This document shows positions 49,545 to 59,655 of a stretch of DNA of 64,000 bases, piece by piece (positions within the stretch are counted from its first letter, which is position 1; each line of letters begins with the position of its first letter). Under the pieces are notes generated by a model. The model did no database searches. It saw only the letters and a list, made by a program, of their open reading frames with translations, and had not been told where the DNA came from. Source of the stretch: Bugula neritina (lineage: Eukaryota > Animalia > Bryozoa). Made by a program: the position numbers and the translations under genes. Location: positions 11,304,463 through 11,368,462 of the forward strand of contig OZ037770.1 in the NCBI GenBank assembly GCA_964035545.1. The letters are read 5' to 3'.

Positions 49545-49960
49545 ATTTACTAATAGTAATACTATCACTATGACTATCAAGTATAAAAATAATGATGATC
49601 ATGATCATAATAATTATAATATGATATCAACTTTACTACTCATAATCATACACTGATAGTGATAGTAATAGTTATACAGTTTTTAAAGCTAATCTTGATT
49701 TTATGCAATTTTAATTTACCATAACCATTATCATTTATGATTATGAATATGATTATCATTAAGTTTGACATTATGAATATTTTTCTGATTATGATTGTTA
49801 ATATCCATTATAATTTTTTTGTATTTATATGAAGTTTTTAATTTGTTTTTGAATTTGATTGCATTTGTTAAGCCTAATGACTAAAGGTAAATACTAAAAT
49901 AGTATTAATTATTAAACTTATTAGTAATAGTATTACTATTAGTATTAATATTGATATTGA
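49545..49960. repeat. Drifting 6-bp-periodic tract in the probable GLUT first intron
   Basis: ACTAAT AGTAAT ACTATC ACTATG ACTATC; ACTGAT AGTGAT AGTAAT AGTTAT; ATGATT ATGAAT ATGATT ATCATT. Confidence 0.65.
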
Positions 49961-49964
49961 TGCT

Positions 49965-50560
49965 GCACAAGCCTGGTCACAGAAATGGAAAATCAAAATG
50001 ATGTTTGCATCTAACTCATGCCACGCAATGGCTTTCAACAAATCAAGCGAGACACCTGCTCATAAACTGGGTAATAACTAATAATTATAATGTCACCCCT
50101 TGGACAGAAAAGACTCACTATCTTGGTGTCACACTCTAGGAAAAAGTTGGACCAGCTCATTGCTTGAAAAGCCAGCAAATCGACCAAATTTGTGGGATTA
50201 TTAAACACAAGCTACACTCTGCAGCTGCCAAAAATCAATTGTTGGCATACCAGAGCATGGTGGCACTTTATGGGATCCCATCAGCCAGTCGGCCGTTGAA
50301 TCTATCAAAATTATTCAAAGAATACTGGAAATCTTCTCAAACTTATCCCGCTATAACCCAGAAAAATGACATTACTACAAAAGTTCTAGAAAATGAAGCC
50401 TTCAGTAATACTCTATCTTCTAGTTATGATGAAATCATTAGCAACTGGTCAAACACGACCACCAAAGCTACAAGCAAAGGATAGTTGACATCAAAGTCTG
50501 TTTACCACATTTTTTTTCTTGAACAATGCAAGACTTGAGAATAAATACTTCTAAGGAACA
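49965..50560 (+). mobile_element. Degraded 3' end of a non-LTR (LINE) retrotransposon RT
   Basis: Fragments WSQKW..MF...CHAM, HYLGVTL, GIIKHKL..AAAKNQLLAYQSMV in the order typical of the LINE RT C-terminal region; frameshifted. Confidence 0.65.
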
Positions 50561-50843
50561 ACAGATCAGCAATGTTCTGATTCACTGACACGCTTACCAT
50601 TGGCTTAAATTACACTATTAGAAGCAAACGCGTCAGTTTATTTAGTAGTGCCGTTACGCTTTAGTAGTTTTTGTAGTTGATCTAATCTTTCACTCTGTAG
50701 AACATAACTATGAACTTTATTGAATTCAATAAAAAGTTTTATGGACTAGAATTCATTTCAAGTCTTCAAATTTACTAAAAAGCTTCCAATAACAAGATTG
50801 TTGAAATATTTTTTGTAGATTCCTGCAGCTGTGATTTAGTAAA

Positions 50844-53800
50844 ATGGCAACCTCAGAACGCACGCCATTGTTGGTGAACTCACAATTATCTGGCAGCTAT
50901 GCTCCACATTTTACTCCGGTAAGATTTTGTAATTTATTATTTTTGAACTTTGAGAACTTCTAGTCTGCAGTTTTATAATCATATTATAGAATGAATAAAA
51001 TTTCCTGAACATTTGTGATTTGTAATGATTTATTTGAACAAGGATCATTCAATAAAATCTTTTTTTAAATAAGTTGACCCCGCTGAATCTAGCGAAACTA
51101 GGTTTCAGCCTTGATTCTAATATTTTGTAGATTCATCGCATGTTGTCATGCAAGATATTTATGTTTAAAATACGCTTAAGAAATTTAAATATTTTTTAAT
51201 TTTACAGGTTGCCAGTGGTTGGCTGTATTTCTCTATTATCTCTTGTGTTATTGGAACATCTTTCTCATTTGGATACTCTTTGGGCTGTGTCAACACACCT
51301 GCTGTGGTAAATAAGGGCTAATTTCATGTAAATAAAGAAATCTGTTGGCGAAGCTAACCTAGCAGCTAAAATGGATCCAATTTTAATACACTTGATTATT
51401 TGTTATGTTATTACATTATAGTTTAATCATTTAAAGTATATATGATTTTCAAGCCTGACAGTGTTTTTTATGATTAAACTTGTAAATTTAAATATTAATA
51501 ATATTTGTTCCTAAAAACATGAAGCTCTTTTGAAGAACTTTTAAATCATGTATATGTATGTTTATAACAACTACTTGCTACTACTTGCCATCATTTGACA
51601 GGTGATTCAAAATGTCTTTAAAGAATGGTATCACGATGCTTATGATTCATCCATGCCATCATCTTTAGTGACATTGATTTGGGCATTTACTGTCAGTGCT
51701 TACTGTCTGGGTGGTCTTATTACTGGCTGTTTTGGAGGACTATTAGCTGACAGGTTTGGCAGGTTAGTTGACAAGTCCAGCAAGTGTGTGCTTTCAAAAT
51801 AGCTAGTTTTGAGTGTGCATACTGTGAAAATGGTCAGCTTTTCAAGACACAATAAGGTTTATGTGCAAAATCTTTGCCCTGCTTATGGGTGGCTAACTTG
51901 CTCAAATATCGAAAAGTATAAAAATAATAATATTAAGACAAGATAATTTTTGAAAAAGAGGTTCAATTATGTTCTGTGATCATGGGTATTTTCTCAATGT
52001 TAATTTTATCTTAAAATCTCCATAAGAACGTAATACGATTTTCATCATTGTGATCAGAAAGAAGGCGCTGATGGTTGGAAATATTCTACAGATTGCATCT
52101 ACTCTACTCATGTTTTCCAGTAAATGGATTCAACGTTATGAAGTTATTATTGTTGCTAGACTGATATACGGCTTTTATGGAGGTAGGCTTGTATCATATA
52201 GATTGATATATTATGAAGGTAATTATATTTAATGAATCATCACCCCAAACAGCTGCTAGACTTATTAAATTTTTTTATATGCTTTAAAATGCTATATATT
52301 TTGTGTTCTGGCTGAAATAGTGGCATTGCTTACGTTAGCATTTGACTAATGCAAATTTCTAACAGTTGGCAAGATATAATAATGGATGCCATGTAGTTTC
52401 CTAACTAGATGAGTAATATAAATTATGGCACGTGTGACATTAAACACAAATTATTATACTCAGTAACATATAAATGAATTTATCAAGTAACATATAAACT
52501 GACTATCTTCTGCAGGAATTGCTACGGTTATCACACCCATGTACCTCAACGAGATCGCCTTGCCCTCTTTGAAGGGGAAGGTAGGAACTATAAATCAGCT
52601 AATGGTGGTAATCTCTCTCACTCTCTCGCAAGTACTTGGTCTTCCTCAGCTACTGGGAACTGCTGAGCGGTTTTATTACCTCCTTGGTGAGAAATATCTC
52701 GTGTAGACAATGCTATAGGTGCCTCTTAGTTTTAACTCACAACGTAATTCATGCTTCGTCCTTATATGGGCTCTTCTCATGGTAATTGCAAAATTTTAGA
52801 TAGTTCTAGTTATGGTTGTACTAAGCAATGAAAGATCCACAGTATAGTGGTTAAAGAGCTAATTATGAAAGTTATTAATTTACTAGACAGTATAACTGGC
52901 CAGAGCAGAAGTACATATTGCTATTCTATTATCTTCTATTGATCTTATAATTGTTTCTAATATGTCTGACAGCGTTGCCGGTGGTAACTGGAGTACTTCA
53001 TTGGCTGATGTTTGCCTTCTGTCCTGAGAGTCCATCTTGGTTGTATCTGTTTAAGAAGGATAAAGAGGGTGCCAGAGCTGGTGGGTGTTGCTAACTTAAC
53101 TCTTGCAATATGCTTTTTCTTACAATAATTGTCCCTAATTTTACAATTAATATACCTTACCAGATCTTACAACTAGAGGTATTGAATTATGGGCAACTAT
53201 TTTTGTAGTTTGTGCAATAACATTTCTAGTCAATCATTGTCACATCACTATTACCATGTTATAAATTGTAACTTTATAACTATTCTCATAGAATACATTC
53301 CAGTCAACACGGCTACTACTTTTGTTTACTTGTAAATGTGCTATGGCAAAATATCTTTAAGTAAAACTTTTGTTTTTTAAATAATAAACAAGTTTTATTA
53401 TACCAGGTTGAAGGTCTGTTTATTTTATCTACATACAGTGTTTCTATTATTCTTTATTTTGCAGCATTGGAAAAACTTCGACGTAACTCCGATCTCAGTT
53501 TTGAGTTAGATGAGTATCACAAACAGGAAGTGCAGATGACGTCTGCCGCTCAGGTGTGTTTAAAACTCACTTGTCATCTTTTGTTCCATGTGTTATACCA
53601 CCTGCTACTTGTTGGCAGGTGTCTGTCAGTGACATGGTGTGTTACCTGTTGACAGGTGTCTATCACTGACATGCTGTATGACTTTTTGGCATGTGATTGT
53701 CATTGACATGCTATATTACTTGTTGGCAGGTGTCTGCTATTGACATATTATATTACTTGTTGACAGGTGTCTATCACTAACATGTTGTATCACTTGTTGG

Positions 53801-56699
53801 CATGTGATTGTCATTGACATGCTATATTACTTGTTGACAGGTGTCACTCACTGACATGCTGTACTACTTGTTGACAGCTGCTTGCAATTTGCATACTGTA
53901 TCACTTGTTGACAGGTGTCTGTCACTGACATGTTTACATCCTACAGAACTAGGCCATTGATAGTGGCATGCATCATGCACTGCTCTCAACAACTCAGTGG
54001 AGTCAACGCGGTTAGTAAATGGAATTTAAAGGAATACATAAAATAGTTTAGCCAACATATCAGCATTCAGTGTTGGTCTACTGCAAGGGCTGAAAAGTTG
54101 TAAGAGTTGTTTGTTTGTAACTGTTGAAAATATTTGCAATCACCTCAAATTTAATTAAAAAAGTAAATATGAGAAAGTTTTTAAAATATCAGTACTAGGC
54201 ATGTGGACTCACTCTAAAACCTGATTTTACTGTAACCTTGACCTTTGACCTTGACTTTGCAAACTGTAGAGCATATGCTGATTTGAACTTCATATTACAT
54301 TGTTTTTGTAATTTATATAGTTGTTTATGATTTAGAAAATAATATACTGGTATCTGTGTGATGAGATTCAATAACTACATCCGCATATTCTTGAATGACT
54401 TGTGGCACTTTCCCAGTCTCTATTCTAACACTAATTGCTAAAAGCTTTCCTCAGAGAGAGCACAACTTCCATCAGTTTCGTTTCCGCAGGTCATCTTCTA
54501 CTCGACGTCCATCTTTAGGACTGCCGGTTTGGCACATAATGACGCTCAGTACGCTACGCTGTCTCTGGGAGGCATCATGATCCTCATGACCTTCGTCTGC
54601 ATGGTGCTGGTGGATAAACTCGGCAGACGAACTCTACATCTCTCCGGACTGACTGGCTGTATAATCTCGCTGAGTTCTCTCTCAGTTTTCCTGACCGTAG
54701 AAAGGGTATGTGTTGAAGTTCTTTTGTCACTTGCCATGTTTTCTATCACTAACAGGCTTAGGACATGCTGTGTAGATCAAACATAAAGAAGTAGGGTAGA
54801 TATACTCGATGAGTTTAGACGATAACTTTCATAATATAAATGAGCACAGTTGTCCACAATGCCTTGTTGAAGGCCAAGGGTAAGTCCAAGGCCAAGTGTA
54901 ACTTGATAATATTTTTGGACGTTTATCTTTCTATATAGAGTGTATTTTACAGTGTCCAGCATTCTACACTGATTGAATTCAGTGCATTCGGAGTTCTCTA
55001 AAGCCGACTGGCTAGTAATCTTCAGGCTTTCATTTCAGCATAAAATATTTTTTAATTTTAGGTCATAAAATTTTTCACCGTCGCTTGAAAATATCAAGCA
55101 TCAACTTTCTAGAATTTGACTGACATCAAAATATATTTTCAACTGCCTTTGCTGTGTCGCTAAAATTGTACACAGAGCTATTTTCTACCATTATGTAAAT
55201 ATAATAAAAATAAAACATGTCAACTTCATACACAATGGATATGTAGTTTGAACTTATAATAAAAAATTGTCACTAGGATGATCTAGTGTAATGATATCTA
55301 CACCATATTCTGTTTCAGGATAGTCCAGGTCTAACTTGGAGTTGTCTCTGCATAGCCTCTGTGGGAGTATTCATTATATCCTTCAACGTAGGGCCAGGTA
55401 AGGGTTTTAGAAGTTGCTCCCTCTTTAACAGTCCTTATTCAACACTTTGCATACGTATTAGTATCTGTTTAGATATATCTTTATGGGTTAGCAATTAAAT
55501 AAAAAATAAGTGTAAGAGAAAAAATTTTATTTATCAAAGTAATATAATATTTCAGTAGTATTTGTAGGTTTTGCCAAATTTAGGTAAATGTTTAAAGATT
55601 TTTAATATAAGCATACTAAAAGAGATATGGAGTACCAATGCTGACACAAGTTTATAGTCTCCATTCCTTTGAAAAACCCTTGATAAAACGGGTTTTTATT
55701 AATTCAGGCTATGTACTTATTCAGATGGGGCATAGGAGCAATTATGACTAAATGCTCTTTCTAAAATCACCAATAGCCTTTGTTGGGGTTTAGTGACTTT
55801 TGTGCTTACTAGACAAACGCTTTAACTACTAGACCACTGCTTGTCCATAAGTTATAGAGTGCTAATACTGGAGACAAACTAGGGTTTTCCTGGAGTATTT
55901 TGTGTCTGTGGACAGAGTTTGCTCATATCATATTCTACGTTGTCGGCCAGTGATGACTGCAAAGTACTCTTGTTTTCTACAAATGTGTTTACTCTGCAAT
56001 CTCATCTGTACAGTTAGACTCTGTGATATATTGAACTGCCTTCTGTTGTCAGGTTCCATACCCTGGTTCTACACGTCTGAGCTGTTTGAGCCCAACTCTG
56101 CCCGGTGGGCTGTCAGCATCTCCATCGCTGTCAACTGGCTGTGTAACTTTGCTGTCGGGATCAGCTTCCTTCACTTGCAGGTGAGAGGGATTAACCAATC
56201 ATATGTCAGCAACACCACTTACTCAGCCAATCAGATGCCTGCAAACCTGCTTACTATACACACTACTTACTATACACATTACTTACTATACACACTACTT
56301 ACTATACACACTACTTACTATACACACTACTTACTATACACACTACTTACTATACACACTACTTACTATACACATTACTTACTATACACAGTACTTACTA
56401 TACACACCACTTACTATACACTACTTACTACACACTACTTACTATACACTACTTACTATACACACTATTTACTATACACAGTATATCTACTGTTCTAGGA
56501 TTGGCTGCAGGACATAGTTTTTGTCCCGTTCCTTGTTCTGGGAGTCATATTCTGGATATTCCTCTACGCCCGAGCTCCTGAGACGAAGGGGACGACCGTC
56601 CTTCAAATCACTCAGCATTACAAGACTCTATACGACATGCCCAACATGTTGATGAGGGAGAGACGCCACTACCAAGTGTTTCATGATGTTCAAACCTAA
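50844..56699 (+). CDS. Facilitated hexose transporter, SLC2A/GLUT family (515 aa, 12 coding exons)
   Basis: Exons 50844-50918, 51208-51306, 51602-51762, 52058-52182, 52516-52686, 52973-53080, 53465-53553, 53915-54010, 54490-54705, 55319-55397, 56053-56180, 56499-56699 join in frame. Motifs FGY..G.VNTP, DRFGRK, PMYLNEIA, PESP, QQLSGVNA, DKLGRR, GPGSIPW, PETKG. Confidence 0.95.
53600..53935 (+). repeat. 9 x 37-bp tandem repeat copying the GLUT exon 8 acceptor
   Basis: Unit ACTTGTTGACAG|GTGTCTGTCACTGACATGCTGTAT; junction positions 53618, 53655, 53692 (AT), 53729, 53766, 53803 (AT), 53840, 53877, 53914 (the one giving an open frame). Confidence 0.93.
55735..55846 (-). mobile_element. tRNA-derived SINE family B, 3'-truncated copy
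   Basis: Reverse complement TGGTCTAGTAGTTAAAGC...AAAGGCTATTGGTGATTTTAGAAAGAGCATTTAGTCATAATTGCTCC. Confidence 0.7.
56250..56485 (+). repeat. 16-bp minisatellite filling most of GLUT intron 11
   Basis: (TTACTATACACACTAC)n, about 14 copies, ending just before the acceptor. Confidence 0.93.
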
Positions 56700-56764
56700 T
56701 ACGTTATGGTGTCACCTTGCGAGTCTGATATTATATTGCCAATCAAATGCGAGTTCTTTGCGTA

Positions 56765-56972
56765 CAGTACATCTTCCGTAGCTCACGGATCCATTTCTCA
56801 CGAAATCTCGTGGGTCTTGAGAAGGGCTTGAACTCCCATTTTGTGGGTTATTTATGTTTGTATAGAGACAAAATAGCCAAATGTAACAGATCCGTGAATT
56901 AAATTTGGTATTCTACTATGTAATAAGTTGAGGTTTGGAACTGTAGCTCAGTGAGATACGGAGAGAGCACTG
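56765..56972. mobile_element. Tc1/mariner-type MITE just after the GLUT stop codon
   Basis: TA|CAGTACATCTTCCGTAGCTCAC ... GTGAGATACGGAGAGAGCACTG|TA: imperfect TIRs with TA duplication. Confidence 0.7.
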
Positions 56973-58322
56973 TATTAACATGTGTTTGGTAACCTTTGCA
57001 AGGTTACCAAACACATGGCTGGTCATATGCAAGTTTTTTTATATATTAATATGTGTTAGCAGCCTTCAAAAGGTCTCAAACACATAAAGGTTGGTTATGG
57101 GTTATGAGTAAAAGTTCTGTATTTAACCAAGTTCTACATTTTCAAAGTGCTCAAATAACTCCATATTTATTTATCTTAATGTAGGTTTTTCTGGTTGTTG
57201 AAAAAAAATTTGTTCAAGTTCACAAGCGTTTTAAAATGTCATACTACTTATTTGTATGTTTTCAACAAATTCTCCAGTTTTCTACTGTCGGCCAGTACAT
57301 GAACGTTTTATCATGTAACTTGTTTATCTAGTTTTACCCTGTCAGGGGTATGTTCCTAGTTTTATTCCTGTTTTTATACTTATTCATATGTCTCATTTGA
57401 TCTGAACTGCAATTCATTATGCAATTAGTTTTTCACCAAAGATGTTTAAAATAAACTCAATATGTTTTTATGATATTTATTCTCTTTTTATTTAACAAGT
57501 CGCTTATTGAAATGGATGTAAGTTTAGCTGTTATTAAAGTAATTTCTTATGTAACATTTATAGCATTGTAAACTTGTGCCCTTAATTAAGATGTAAATCC
57601 AATAAAAGGAATAAAGCAACACCATTACTGCTACGTAGCTCTTATAGTCAGTTAAAGTTTTTCTACATAAAATATAATTATACGTACAAAGTATAAATGT
57701 TTGGAGTCTATCACACCAGCTCATGTATGAATCTTGGCATTAGTCGTGTGACTTTGATGAATATCAAAATGCTATTCACAGTTGCAAACTATTTTGAGAT
57801 GAGATAGTGCTCAATACTTTCTTATCTCCCAATCCAAAGTACACTTCTTGGTGATAAAATACTAACATGTCTTATAGACTAGTTAGTAAAGTACTCTACC
57901 TCAAGGTACATCCACCTGCTGTAACAAACTAAACAAGTGCTACTTCATCTTACTCTCTGTACAACAAACCTGGCTAAAACGTGAGTTGTAATACGAGAGT
58001 TGTTGTATTATCATTGTAAATAGATTCGTAGTAATACAGTGTGGTGTCATAGATCCAGGGCACCTTGCAGTACTGACTTGCATTGACAAGTGAGCTCAGC
58101 CCTTAGCACTAACTTGGAATGCAGTATCACAGTTCTGTTAGAAATATCTGTTGTATGAAAAATGTCTCTTTTTACCAGAAGTACAGATGAGATGTCTTGT
58201 CGTGAAATATAATAATAGTTTTAAATTGTTAAGCTGTGTGGTTTATAAAAATCCTTATTATCAAACTTAGCTGCATAAATAAAGCATCTGCTTTTACACT
58301 CTTGGTACAATATAGTCTAGAA

Positions 58323-58606
58323 CAGGGGTGTCTAACATTTTTAGAGTGAGGGCCACTGAATTAGAATATTTCATGGCAAGGGTCACATTGTGAAATTTAG
58401 CTTGCATACACACACCATCAGTAGTTTTCAAATAACTTAATTCTAAATTCCTATAAATAATCACACAATGAAGTTCCAACAATTATTGCAGGCTGCATGT
58501 TGTAGCATATATTATATAAAAATAAGGCATTTAAAAGGTGTATTTCCCACATAAATGTAGGCTGAGGGCCACATCCGGTCCTAGGGCCACCTGTTGGACA
58601 GCCCTG
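58323..58606 (+). mobile_element. hAT/Charlie-like MITE family D
   Basis: TIRs CAGGGGTGTCTAAC / GTTGGACAGCCCTG, subterminal GGGCCAC repeats, left flank GTCTAGAA; internal sequence shared with 63279. Confidence 0.75.
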
Positions 58607-59655
58607 CTTTACATAGCAGCTGTACTTAACTGGAACCTCAGGTTAATTATATTGTGTTAGAAGTAAGGTTGTCATATGTTTACAAATTCAATTATACTCT
58701 TTCTAGTAAAAAGGCTTCACATATAATTACCCAGTAATATACCAACAGTCTGCAGAGAGTAGACAACTCTAGAGAAAAACAATTTGTAAAGAATGTAAGA
58801 TGCCATGTAGGCAGGAAGTGTGTGGTTGTGGACTCTATGATATGTTTGAATAGATTGTTTGAAGTAGAGACAGGGGAATGCATGTGCTAGAATTAGACAG
58901 TCATATGTTTGTGTAATAATTATTTAGGATTTTTTATGAGCAGTAGATTGTTGTCTAAATATACACGCGGATAACAGCTTGTATAGGAAATGCAGTATAT
59001 AAATAAATATGTGCCTGTTTGTCGAATTTTATAAATTTTATTTGATAGGATATTTTAAGCTGAAAAGCTCACAAGATAGACATTTTTGTTATTTTAAATT
59101 TTTTTATAGTTCAACTTATATAATCATATTCTGTAATCATTCATTCTTTTATAAGCTATTAGATTTACTAAATAATGATCAATATTAACTAAGTAAATGA
59201 ATGATTAAGAGAACAAAAAAAGCCAAATAATTTAAAAAATTTTTAGAAGAATTTTCAAACAACTAGAGCAAGCTACATAAAGTTTAATAAAGAAAGCAAT
59301 AAGGCATTTATATTTCTATGCTCTGGTCTCTGAGGAATTCGCAAAGAGGATTCCAATAAACAAAACGGATCCAGAGAACAGGTTATGAGCATCTGTTGAC
59401 TGAGTAATCCATCTACACATCAGATAGTATAATCTGTAGTGTTGAATGGTTCATGTAGAAGGTCTAGATAATAAACAGAAACATAAAGCAAAGTGAACTA
59501 ATGGAGTAGGCTATAGAAAACGAGAAGACATGCAAGAATAAACAGAACAAGTGACTAATAACTGTTGTAAAAGTCTGATATGAATTTAAACATACGAATC
59601 AGTTAACAGCTTCTTCAAAGTTTTTAAGAAAATATATTTATATTGAGCTCTAACC

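Noticed and set aside
55902-56517. 198-aa and 104-aa ORFs with YTLLTIH repeats
   Set aside because: GLUT exon 11 plus read-through into the 16-bp intronic minisatellite.
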